In this document: piece by piece, positions 1-8,855 of the stretch
Layout: every line of letters begins with the position of its first letter
How positions within the stretch are numbered: position 1 is the first letter of the stretch
NCBI GenBank assembly: GCA_050506795.1
Contig: JBJHCF010000050.1
Span: forward strand, 1 to 33,479
Origin: Opitutia bacterium
GTDB taxonomy: Bacteria; Verrucomicrobiota; Verrucomicrobiia; Opitutales; T3Sed10-336
DNA: 33,479 nucleotides
Direction: 5' to 3'
Translations under genes and position numbers: made by a program
The notes under the pieces: generated by a model
Databases searched by the model: none
Told to the model about the DNA's origin: nothing
Seen by the model: the letters and a program-made list of their open reading frames with translations, nothing else

Positions 1-52
1 ATTCCTTCTTCAGCTTGGCATCGACTCGCGCTCGTACTGTTTCAACCTTCAT
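1..52 (-). CDS. RelB/DinJ-family type II antitoxin, N-terminal fragment (runs off window); first integron cassette gene
   Basis: Minus-strand ATG at 52-50 reads MKVETVRARVDAKLKKE, matching the VRARID-x-x-LK ribbon-helix-helix start of DinJ/RelB proteins. Only 17 codons are visible. Confidence 0.7.
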   Translation of the reverse strand, partial: MKVETVRARVDAKLKKE

Positions 53-58
53 AGCCCA

Positions 59-87
59 ATATTGCCTCATTGCGGCCACAAAGTCAA
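59..87 (-). promoter_or_regulatory. Sigma70-type promoter of the antitoxin cassette with a palindromic operator in the spacer
   Basis: Minus strand TTGACT (87-82), 17 nt, CAATAT (64-59). Imperfect palindrome TTGCGGCCACAA at 70-81 lies between the boxes. The ATG is 6 nt after the -10 box. Confidence 0.65.
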
Positions 88-109
88 GGGTCGTCCTCCA
101 TTTCTGTCT

Positions 110-188
110 GCACAACAGTATTAATAGAACAAAGAATCTTTAGGATATGACGGGAGATTTTTCGGTCATATGACAAAGAATCTTTAGG
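110..188 (-). other. Putative integron attI site
   Basis: Minus-strand GTTGTGC (116-110) core-like site upstream of and divergent from intI. Perfect 16-bp direct repeat ACAAAGAATCTTTAGG at 129-144 and 173-188. Inverted repeat ATATGAC (145-151)/GTCATAT (165-171). Confidence 0.6.
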
Positions 189-308
189 TTTCGCAGGTGG
201 CGGTTTTCGAGGTGGTGGGTTTGTAATGGATGAAAATCACGGGTGTCGGTTTTTTTGGGTTGACGTGTGGGTTTTCGACCTTTTTAGGTTTTGTCGAAAA
301 TACCCTTT

Positions 309-1626
309 ATGTCAAAAGATAAAAGCACCCGAGTGGTGCGTTTTCCCGATTGGGGGGGACGTGCTAAGAGATGAAATTGACGATCCGCGCAAGCGGGAGT
401 CCTGGCGAATTACGATTCGCTGGTATCTGGGATGGTGCCGGCGTCGTCAGTGTTCGGCGACCACGGAAACGGTGGTCGTCTTTCTGGCGGAGGTCGCCGA
501 AGCAAAGAAGCCCAAGGAGAGTGTTCTGGAGGCGTGGCGGGAGGCCTTGCGTTGGTTTTTCCGACGCGGCTGGGCGCGGGAAAAGGCCGGGGGGGCTATG
601 GAGTCGAGGCCGTCGGAAGAGCAGGTCGATTGGGAGAGTCTTCGTCGCGAGGCTCTTTCCGATATCGCGGATCCCCTGGAGCGAAAGGTGGCCCGGCGGA
701 TGCGCGATAAGAATATGATGTTGCGTACCGAGCAGACCTATCGGGGCTGGATTCGGCGTTTCGTGAGATTCATTGGGAAGCAGTCGCCGGAAAAGGCGGG
801 GCCTGCCGAGATTCGCGCTTTCTTGTCGCACCTTGCCAGCGACTGCGAGGTGGCGGTCGCCACCCAAAAACAGGCGCTCAATGCGGTGGTCTTCTTTTTC
901 AGGGAGGTTCTGGGCCGCGATCCCGGCGAAATCGGGGAGTTCATCAAAGCGAAAGCCCGAAAACGTTTGCCGGTCGTTTTGACCCGCGACGAGGTCAATG
1001 GCTTGTTCGGGGAAATGAGCGGGAGGGGGAGATTCATGGCTCAGGTGGCTTATGGCAGCGGCTTGCGTTTGACCGAGTTGATTCGCCTGCGCGTGAAGGA
1101 TGTCGATCCGGACCGAGGGTTGATCACGGTACGAGGGGGCAAGGGCGATAAGGACCGGGCGGTGCCTCTGGCGGATGCCTTGAGGTCAACGATGCATGCG
1201 CATGTGCGCCGGTTGCGGGAGATTTTCGAGGAGGATCGCAATGCGGGTCTGCCGGGGGTTTTCCTGCCGGATGCCCTGGAGCGAAAGTATCGCAACGCGG
1301 GAACTCGATTCGAGTGGCAGTGGTTTTTCCCGGGGGAGAAACCGGTTCGCGACCCGCGAACCGGGGTGCTTCGTCGGCATCATGTTCTTGACGCGACGTT
1401 TCAGGCGGCGATCCGTGCGGCGGCGAATCGGGCGCGGATTCCAAAGAGGGTCACGCCGCACATCCTGCGGCACACCTTTGCCACCCATCTGCTTGAGAGC
1501 GGCGTGGATATAAGGACGGTGCAGGATTTTCTGGGCCATTCGAGTGTCGAGACGACCCAGATTTACCTTCATGTCATGCGAAAACCCGGCGCGGGAGCGA
1601 GGAGTCCGCTGGATGGGATGGGGTAG
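309..1626 (+). CDS. intI: Integron integrase, long form with extra N-terminal SAM-like domain; start uncertain (ATG309 needs a +1 shift at G7 352-358; in-frame GTG at 361; ORF finder start 226)
   Basis: Tyrosine recombinase motifs GLRLTE, GKGDKDR, HILRH, LGH and TQIY. Integron-specific insert LPDALERKYRNAG...WQWFFP. IntI-typical segments RTEQTYRGWIRRF and TQKQALNAVVFFFREVL. Confidence 0.93.
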
Positions 1627-1629
1627 GGG

Positions 1630-1655
1630 AGGGCTTCGCCCTGTTCTTGGTTCTT
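1630..1655 (+). terminator. Hairpin plus pyrimidine tract just after the intI stop; duplicated at 2088-2113
   Basis: AGGGC-TTC-GCCCT followed by GTTCTTGGTTCTT. An identical 26-mer occurs at 2088-2113. Confidence 0.4.
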
Positions 1656-1690
1656 CGTGCTTGGTTCTATGTTGAAAACGATGGGGTGAG

Positions 1691-2164
1691 CCCTTCGACA
1701 AGCTCAGGGGGGAGGGGAGTTGTGGAGTGGACCCTTCGACAGGCTCAGGGCAGGGGGGGGCGAGTCGGCGACCGGGCGAATGGGCGAGATGGCGAGGGAC
1801 GGGGACGTGGGGCGTGGGACGGGAGCGGGAATATTGGAGAGTTGGGAGGGGGGAGGCTTCCGCTGAAGCAGGAAGCTACGGGGGCGAGAGGGCGATCCTG
1901 ATGGGGGAACTTGAACGAGCTTCGCCCCGTCACTTCTTTTTTTCAATCAGCAACTTAGGAGATACTTCAGAAGGCTGGGAGCGCCCGGCGAGAGGCGCGG
2001 GGTGTTGGACTAAGATGTTGGCGGGGATAGGGTTGCGGGGCAAGTTTTTTTGTGGGAGTGGGCGATGCCTTTCGACGGGCTCAGGGTAGGGCTTCGCCCT
2101 GTTCTTGGTTCTTTGTACTTGGTTATTCCGGAACGTGGAGGCGAGCCCTTCGACGGGCTCAGGG
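1691..2164 (+). repeat. Four copies of the short palindromic repeat CC(C/T)TTCGAC(A/G)(A/G)GCTCAGGG
   Basis: Copies at 1691-1709, 1732-1750, 2068-2086 and 2146-2164, all in the same orientation. Confidence 0.85.
1856..1879 (-). repeat. GTAG-type REP, single copy
   Basis: Reverse complement is GTAGCTTCCTGCTTCAGCGGAAGC, related to the copies at 8613-8767 and 17110-17191. Confidence 0.7.
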
Positions 2165-2191
2165 CAGGGGGGGGGAGCAATGGAGTAGTTG

Positions 2192-2429
2192 GAATGGCAC
2201 TCGGTTAGGGCGGGTGGTCGTGAAAAATTTCCACCACTCTTGTTCGGCTCGACGCGTGTAAGGGAAGCACGGAATGGTGGAGGGCGCGGCTCCGCCCGCG
2301 CCGCCGGAAGGCGTTATAATGGGAAATAGAGGAACGACTTAACCGGAATACGGCACGGACGGAGCCGTGCCCTCCAGGATAGGCTTTTTCTGTCAACTCC
2401 GCCAGGTTGGCCTTAACCGAGTGCCATTC
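2192..2429. mobile_element. 238-bp non-autonomous MITE, IS4-family-like
   Basis: TIRs GAATGGCACTCGGTTA(G/A)GG at 2192-2210 and 2411-2429 (18/19 match). Perfect 10-bp flanking duplication GGAGTAGTTG at 2182-2191 and 2430-2439. No transposase inside. Confidence 0.88.
2278..2376. repeat. Inverted pair of GGAG-type REPs (REPIN-like) nested in the MITE
   Basis: TGGAGGGCGCGGCTCCGCCCGCGCCG (2278-2303) and CGGCACGGACGGAGCCGTGCCCTCCA (2351-2376) are reverse complements with 3 mismatches. Confidence 0.8.
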
Positions 2430-2596
2430 GGAGTAGTTGGCGATGACATTTTTTTGACATGGATTTGACGGTGGGCTGACAACGGGTGGGTTGAAAAGGG
2501 TATCCTGATTTCACGTTGGACAGCCGCGAAATTGGGCGGGATAATTCTTTTGGTTTAGAGGGGTTAAAATTTTGGGGTCGGGCGGAGGAAATCCTA

Positions 2597-5500
2597 ATGA
2601 AAAAGTCTTTTTTGCCGGTACTTCTGTTGGTTGGTTGGGCGTGCTTTGCGAGCACGGAGTCGAGGGCTGAATCGTGGGAGAGGGTGAATGAGGCGTTGGC
2701 CGCGGGCCTGCCGCGCACTGCCCTCGAACGCCTGGAGCCGATTCTCAATGCGGCGATCGAAGCGGGTGATCACGCGGAGGCGGTGCGGGCGGTGGGCACG
2801 GCGGTGGCGCTGGAGGGACGGGTGCAGGGGCACCGTCCCGAGGAGCGAATCGTGCGGCTGGAGGCGCGCATGGAGGATCTGCCCGGGGAGATGTACCCTT
2901 TGCTGAACGCCATCCTGGGACATTGGTACTGGGACTACTTTCAACAGAACCGTTGGCGGTTTATGCAGCGCACGCGCACGGCGGAGCCGCCGGGGGAGGA
3001 TTTCACCACCTGGGACCTGCCGCGAATCCTGGGCGAAATCGATCGCCGGTTTTCAGCGGCGCTGGAAGACCGCGAGCGTCTGAGGGCGATCCCGGTGGGC
3101 GATTTCGACGCCGTGCTGGAGAAGGGGACCGTGCCGGACAACTACCGGCCAACGTTGTATGACTTTCTCGTCCACGAGGCGCTGTCCTTTTACGCCGCCG
3201 GGGAGCAGGGCGTCATGCAGGTGGAGGATGCCTTTGTCCTGACGGCGGAAAGCCCCGTGTTTGATCCGATCGACGCGTTCCTGGACTGGGAGCGGGAAAC
3301 GGCGGACACCGATTCTCCGACCTACAAAGCGATCCGCCTTTACCAGGAACTGCTGGCGTTTCACCAGGCCGAAGGCAACCGGGACGCGCTTCTCGACGCG
3401 GACCTTGGACGTTTTCGTTTCGGGTACAACACGGCGGTGGGACCGGAGAAGGATGCGCGTTATGGCGATGCGCTTGAGCGATTCGCCGACGAGCATTCGG
3501 ACCACGAAATCTTCGCCCGGGCGTTGTTCCATCTGGCGGGGCTTCATCGTGACCGGGACAATCCGGCCGAGGCTCACCGTCTGGCCAGTCGCGGGGCGGA
3601 GGCTTTTCCGGACAGTGTGGGGGGCGCCTGGTGCCTCAATCTGCTGGCGGAGATCGAGAGGAAGTCGGCTTCGCTCGTGACGGAGCGGGTCTGGAATCGG
3701 CCCTGGCCGGACATTCGCGTCACTTACCGGAACGTGGACCGGGTCTATTTCCGGGCGGTTCCTTATGACTTTGAAAACTTGATACAGCATCCGTTGCACC
3801 ACGACAGGGAGGCGTTTTTGTCACGGTTGGTTTCGAGAGAACCGGCGAAAGCCTGGCGGGAAACGCTGCCGCCGACCGAAGATTACCGCGAGCGGACGGA
3901 ACTCCTGCCGGCGCCCGAGGATTTGGAGCCTGGTTTTTATATCCTCCTGGCGAGCCACGATCCGGAGTTCGGCGCGGGGGACAATCAGATTACCTTTGTG
4001 CCGGTCTGGGTGAGCGACCTGGCGGTGGTTACGCGGCACACGATTTCGAGGAACCTGATGCAAGGACTTGTCGTCGAGGCGAGGACCGGCGATCCGGTGG
4101 CTGGCGCCACCGTCCGCGCGGCGTACCTGAGACAGCGTCAGATACGCTGGAGCGATCCGGTGGAAACGGATCGCTCGGGGATGTTTGCGCTTCAACCGGA
4201 AACGGGCGGTCACTTTTTTGTGGTCGAGCACGGCGGCCAGCGGGTGGCTACCGATCATGAGTATTGGTATTCGCAGCAGTCCTGGGTTCCGGACCCGGAA
4301 AGCACGGTGTTCTTTTCCGACCGCGCGCTTTATCGTCCGGGCCAGACCATCCAGTACAAGGGCATCAGCTTGCGCCGGGATTCGGCAGCCAACGATTACC
4401 GGGCTCTGGACGGACGAAACGTGACGGTGGCGTTGATCGATCCCAACGGCCGCGAGGTGGCGCGCCGTTCTCACCGCACCAACGATTACGGCTCGTTCAG
4501 CGGGAGTTTTCCGGCGCCGGACGGCGGTCTGACCGGCGCCCTGGCGTTGCGTGTGGTGGACGGTCCCCGGGGAGGGACGTCGGTGCGGGTGGAGGAGTAT
4601 AAGCGTCCGAGGTTCCGAGTGGAACTCGAAGCTCCCGAGGAGGCGCCGCGGTTGGACGATGTGGTGACTCTCGGCGGCCGTGCTTCCGCCTACACGGGGG
4701 CCGCGGTCGGCGATGCCGTGATCCGCTGGCGGGTGGAACGCGAGGTTCGGTTTCCGCCCTGGTGTTGGTGGGGACCGTGGCGCTGGGGACCGGGAGGCGG
4801 CGAAAGCCAGGCCATCGCGCACGGTTCCGCGCGTACCGGTCCGGACGGACGCTTCGAAGTGACGTTTTCCGCGCGACCGGACCCCAGCGTGCCGGCGTCC
4901 GATGAGCCGACGTTTTGGTTCCGAGTTCACGTCGACATTACCGACGCGGCCGGGGAAACCCGGTCGGCCTCGCGCAGTGTGCCCGCGGGGTACACCGCCC
5001 TGAAAGCCACCCTGGTGGCCGAGGATTGGCAAACGCCGGAGAAGCCGGTCGTGTTGACGGTGACCACGGCTTCGCTGGAGGATGTACCCCAACCGGCCGC
5101 GGGCACGGTTTCGGTGTATACCTTGCGCCAGCCGGAGCGGCCGGCCCGCCGGGAGCTCGATCCAGTTCGACCCTTGCGATGGCCGACGCCAAACGGGGAG
5201 GGACCCGCTTATGACGCGGCCAACCCGGACACCTGGGAGAACGCGGAGCGGGTGGTGGAAATGGCGTTTCGCACCGGTCCGGCCGGAGCGGAGAAACTGG
5301 AGTTTAATCTTCCCGCCGGGATTTACCGGGCTTCCCTGGAGGCGACCGACCGCTTTGGCAATCCCGTGACCGCGCGCCGGACGATCCTGGTGGCCGATCC
5401 GGACGCGGCGACCTTCCCGGTGGCGGTGGCCAGCCATTTCTCGGCCCCGTATTGGTCGCTCGAACCGGGCGAAACTTTTCAAGCCCTCTGGGCGACCGGG

Positions 5501-8500
5501 TACGAGTCCGGGCGGGCGCTGGTGGAGGTCGAGCATAACGGCGAACGGTTGCAGCGGTACTGGAGCGATCCGGAACGTACCCAGACGCTTATCGAGCAGA
5601 CGGTGACGGAGGAAATGCGCGGCGGCTTCACGGTACGGGTCACCCAGGTCAGCGAAAACCGGCTTTACGTTAACGAGCGCGTGGTCGCGGTGCCCTGGAG
5701 CGATCGAAAACTCTCGGTGCGGTGGGAACGTTTTCGCTCCAACCTGGAGCCGGGACAGCGGGAAACCTGGACGGCCGTTATCGAAGGGCCGGACGCGGAA
5801 AAAGCGGCGGCGGAAATGGTGGCGACACTGTACGACGCCTCGCTTGACCAGTACCTGCCGCACCGGTGGAACGTCCCGCTTGGCGGTTTCCGAACGGAAT
5901 ATTCCCGAACGCGGACGACCTTTCACAACCGGGCCGATATGTTCGTCCATCTGGCCCACTGGATGCACTCTTATCCGGGCGAGCCGGAGTTCAGCTACCG
6001 CCGGTTTCCGCAGGAAATCGTCGGTCGGAGCTTTTTCTTTGGGGGTCGGAGCGATTTTGGGTTTGTGGACGGCGAAGTGTTGGCACGCACGGCGGCTCCT
6101 GTCGCCGAGGCTATGGCCGTGCCGGCGCGGGAGATGGCCGTTGATGACCTCGTAATGGAGCAGGCGGACGCCCTGCCGGGGACCGACGGCCCGCGTGCGC
6201 CCGACCTCGATTCGGTTCCGCTTAGGGAGAACCTGAACGAAACCGCGTTTTTCTTTCCGCACCTGACCGCGAATGAGGACGGCGTGGTGCGGATGGAGTT
6301 CACCATGCCGGAGGCCCTGACGGAATGGCGGTTCATCGGTTTCGCGCACGACTCGGCTCTGCGCAACGGGGTTCTGGAGGACAAGGTGGTCACCTCCAAG
6401 GAGCTCATGGTCCAGCCGTTGGCGCCGCGGTTTGTGCGGGAAGGGGACGTGATCGAATTTCCGGTGACGGTGAGCAACGAGTCGGCGGCGCGTCAAAGCG
6501 GGCGCGTCAGGCTCACGTTGCACGACGCTCGCACGCTGGATTCGCGTGACGCGGAACTGGGAAATGTCGACAACGTGCTGGAATTTGATATTCCCAGCAA
6601 GGAGTCCCGCACCTTTTTCTGGCGCATCGCGGTACCGGACGGCATGGATTTCCTGATCTATCGCGCGTCCGCGGCGACCACGCGACTCTCCGACGGGGAG
6701 GAGGGGTATCTTCCGGTATTGAGTCGACGAATACTGGTCACGGAATCACTGCCGTTGCCCATTCGCGGGCGGCAGACGCGGGAGTTTACCTTCGACAAGC
6801 TGCTGGCGTCGGGCGATTCCGCCACCCTGCGCAACGAATTTCTTACCGTGCAGATGGCGTCACAGCCGGCCTGGTACGCGGTGATGGCGTTGCCGTATCT
6901 CATGGAGTCCCGGCACGAGAGCAGCGATCAGGTTTTCAATCGCATCTACGCCAACTCTTTGGCACGTCACATCGCCAACGCCGACCCGGCGATCCGGCGG
7001 GTTTTCCATCTCTGGCGTAACACCCCGGCGCTGGACAGTCCCCTGGAGAAAAACGAAGACCTCAAGGCGCTGGCGCTGGAGGAAACCCCGTGGCTGCGCC
7101 AGGCGCGAAACGAGAGCGAGGCCCGGCGTCAGGTGGGGGTGCTTTTCGAGGACAACCGGCTCGACGACGAACTGACTCGCGCGTTTCGCCGGCTGGCCGA
7201 AGCCCAGCGATCCGACGGCTTCTGGCCCTGGTTTTCGGGGGGGCAGGGGAATCCGTACATCACCCTTTACATCACCACGGGTTTCGCCCGTCTGCGGCAC
7301 CTGGGTGCGACGGTGGATCTTTCCCTGGCCGAGCGTTCGCTGGAAGCGCTCGATGGTTGGATGCAGGAGCGTTACGAGCAACTGCGGCGGGAGGAGAACA
7401 CCGATGGCAACCGAATCACGCCCTTGATGGCCTTTTACCTCTACGGCCGGAGTTATTTTCTGCCCACGCATCCGATACGCCCGGAGCACCGGGAGGCATT
7501 GGATTTCTGGCAGCGGCAGGGGCGGGAGCACTGGACCGGAATGGGGCGTCAATCCCAGGCGCACCTGGCGCTCGGGCTGCATCGATTCGGCGACCGCGAA
7601 ACGCCGGTCGCTATCATGAACTCGATCCGGGAGCACGCGGTGTTCGACGAGGAAATGGGGATGCACTGGCGCGATCTCGAGCGTAACTGGTGGTGGTACC
7701 GGGCGCCGATCGAGACGCAGGCACTGATGATCGAGGCTTTCGATGAAATCATGGGCGATGCCGAGGCGGTGGAGGAGGCCAAGGTGTGGCTTTTGAAACA
7801 AAAGCAGACCCAGGACTGGAAAACCACCAAAGCCACGGCCGATGCCGTTTACGCTATTCTCCTGCGCGGGACCGACCTGCTTGGGTCCGATGCGCTGGTC
7901 GAAGTGACGCTCGGCGGCGAGCGGGTGGAACCCGGCGAGGTTGAGCCGGGCACGGGGTTTTACGAGGCGCGTTATGTCCGGGCCGAGATCCGTCCGGAAA
8001 TGGGCGAAATCAAGGTCACCAAGCCCGACGACGGCGTGAGTTGGGGAAGCATTCACTGGCAATACCTGGAGGACATCGGCAACATCACGCCCCACGAGGA
8101 AACGCCGCTGCAACTGCGCAAGCGGCTTTTCCTCAAGGAAACCACCGCGCGCGGGCCGGAACTGCGGCCCGCGGAGGGAATGCTCGCCGTGGGCGACGAA
8201 CTCGTGGTGCGGGTCGAACTGCGTGTGGATCGGGACATGGAGTATGTGCATCTCAAGGATCAGCGCGGAAGCGGTACTGAACCGGTGAACGTGCTGAGCG
8301 GTCACCGATTCCAGGACGGCCTGCGTTATTATGAAAGCACCCGCGACACCGCCGGCCATTTCTTTATCGAATACCTGCCGCGAGGCGTTTACGTATTCGA
8401 ATACAGCGTACATATTCGCCACCGGGGAACCTATCAAAGCGGCATAGCCACCGTTCAGTCCATGTACGCCCCCGAGTTCAACAGCCATTCGGAAAGTTTC

Positions 8501-8518
8501 GAACTGACGGTGGAGTGA
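2597..8518 (+). CDS. Bacterial alpha-2-macroglobulin family protein (MG2/A2M domains), secreted, lacking the CxEQ thioester
   Basis: GGAGG before ATG2597. Signal peptide MKKSFLPVLLLVGWACFA. MG2 motif FSDRALYRPGQTI and VEEYKRPRF. Post-bait segment RENLNETAFFFP...MPEALTEW and PRFVREGD. C-terminal YLPRGVYVFEY...QSMYAPEF. Confidence 0.92.
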   Translation: MKKSFLPVLLLVGWACFASTESRAESWERVNEALAAGLPRTALERLEPILNAAIEAGDHAEAVRAVGTAVALEGRVQGHRPEERIVRLEARMEDLPGEMYPLLNAILGHWYWDYFQQNRWRFMQRTRTAEPPGEDFTTWDLPRILGEIDRRFSAALEDRERLRAIPVGDFDAVLEKGTVPDNYRPTLYDFLVHEALSFYAAGEQGVMQVEDAFVLTAESPVFDPIDAFLDWERETADTDSPTYKAIRLYQELLAFHQAEGNRDALLDADLGRFRFGYNTAVGPEKDARYGDALERFADEHSDHEIFARALFHLAGLHRDRDNPAEAHRLASRGAEAFPDSVGGAWCLNLLAEIERKSASLVTERVWNRPWPDIRVTYRNVDRVYFRAVPYDFENLIQHPLHHDREAFLSRLVSREPAKAWRETLPPTEDYRERTELLPAPEDLEPGFYILLASHDPEFGAGDNQITFVPVWVSDLAVVTRHTISRNLMQGLVVEARTGDPVAGATVRAAYLRQRQIRWSDPVETDRSGMFALQPETGGHFFVVEHGGQRVATDHEYWYSQQSWVPDPESTVFFSDRALYRPGQTIQYKGISLRRDSAANDYRALDGRNVTVALIDPNGREVARRSHRTNDYGSFSGSFPAPDGGLTGALALRVVDGPRGGTSVRVEEYKRPRFRVELEAPEEAPRLDDVVTLGGRASAYTGAAVGDAVIRWRVEREVRFPPWCWWGPWRWGPGGGESQAIAHGSARTGPDGRFEVTFSARPDPSVPASDEPTFWFRVHVDITDAAGETRSASRSVPAGYTALKATLVAEDWQTPEKPVVLTVTTASLEDVPQPAAGTVSVYTLRQPERPARRELDPVRPLRWPTPNGEGPAYDAANPDTWENAERVVEMAFRTGPAGAEKLEFNLPAGIYRASLEATDRFGNPVTARRTILVADPDAATFPVAVASHFSAPYWSLEPGETFQALWATGYESGRALVEVEHNGERLQRYWSDPERTQTLIEQTVTEEMRGGFTVRVTQVSENRLYVNERVVAVPWSDRKLSVRWERFRSNLEPGQRETWTAVIEGPDAEKAAAEMVATLYDASLDQYLPHRWNVPLGGFRTEYSRTRTTFHNRADMFVHLAHWMHSYPGEPEFSYRRFPQEIVGRSFFFGGRSDFGFVDGEVLARTAAPVAEAMAVPAREMAVDDLVMEQADALPGTDGPRAPDLDSVPLRENLNETAFFFPHLTANEDGVVRMEFTMPEALTEWRFIGFAHDSALRNGVLEDKVVTSKELMVQPLAPRFVREGDVIEFPVTVSNESAARQSGRVRLTLHDARTLDSRDAELGNVDNVLEFDIPSKESRTFFWRIAVPDGMDFLIYRASAATTRLSDGEEGYLPVLSRRILVTESLPLPIRGRQTREFTFDKLLASGDSATLRNEFLTVQMASQPAWYAVMALPYLMESRHESSDQVFNRIYANSLARHIANADPAIRRVFHLWRNTPALDSPLEKNEDLKALALEETPWLRQARNESEARRQVGVLFEDNRLDDELTRAFRRLAEAQRSDGFWPWFSGGQGNPYITLYITTGFARLRHLGATVDLSLAERSLEALDGWMQERYEQLRREENTDGNRITPLMAFYLYGRSYFLPTHPIRPEHREALDFWQRQGREHWTGMGRQSQAHLALGLHRFGDRETPVAIMNSIREHAVFDEEMGMHWRDLERNWWWYRAPIETQALMIEAFDEIMGDAEAVEEAKVWLLKQKQTQDWKTTKATADAVYAILLRGTDLLGSDALVEVTLGGERVEPGEVEPGTGFYEARYVRAEIRPEMGEIKVTKPDDGVSWGSIHWQYLEDIGNITPHEETPLQLRKRLFLKETTARGPELRPAEGMLAVGDELVVRVELRVDRDMEYVHLKDQRGSGTEPVNVLSGHRFQDGLRYYESTRDTAGHFFIEYLPRGVYVFEYSVHIRHRGTYQSGIATVQSMYAPEFNSHSESFELTVE

Positions 8519-8612
8519 TTATGATAGGACGTGGATTAATGGGTTTAAGGATCTTCGCTATTTGAGGTGGGCTCCGAATCAGTCATTTCCGGGAACTTGC
8601 GCCCCCGGAAAT

Positions 8613-8767
8613 GTCCCGCTGAAGCGCGGAGCTACGGGAGGAATCGTAGCGCCCAGCTTCAGCGGGCGTCTGTGGGGCGTGGGGAGGGCGGTTCCCGGGA
8701 AAGAAGACTCCGGCTGTCTGAAGCGCGGAGCTACGGGCGGAATTCGTAGCGCCCTGCTTCAGCGGGC
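8613..8767. repeat. Cluster of four GTAG-type REPs in alternating orientation (BIME/REPIN-like)
   Basis: CTGAAGCGCGGAGCTAC units end at 8635 and 8734. GTAGCGCCC(A/T)GCTTCAGCGGGC units start at 8646 and 8746. Period about 100 bp. Confidence 0.85.
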
Positions 8768-8855
8768 CTGCGGAACCCACAGCAAACGGCGCCAGGGTTT
8801 GACACCGGTAGGCGCCGATGGATAGGATTTTCGTCCACTGATCTTTGCCTGGCCT

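Noticed and set aside
104..118. CTGT...ACAG resembling a proteobacterial LexA box
   Set aside because: Spacer is 7 nt, not 8, and the site straddles the presumed cassette junction.
226..308. ORF-finder N-terminal extension of intI (similarly 2516-2596, 15748-15780, 19980-20093)
   Set aside because: Not protein-like. Downstream starts fit RBS, signal peptide or gene spacing better.
1691..2164. Possible CRISPR array from the repeated 19-mers
   Set aside because: Irregular spacing, short degenerate repeats and no cas genes.
3821..6523. 900-aa antisense ORF (also 6860-8488) inside the A2M gene
   Set aside because: Shadow ORFs expected opposite a GC-rich gene. Arg/His/Gly-rich with no recognisable motifs.
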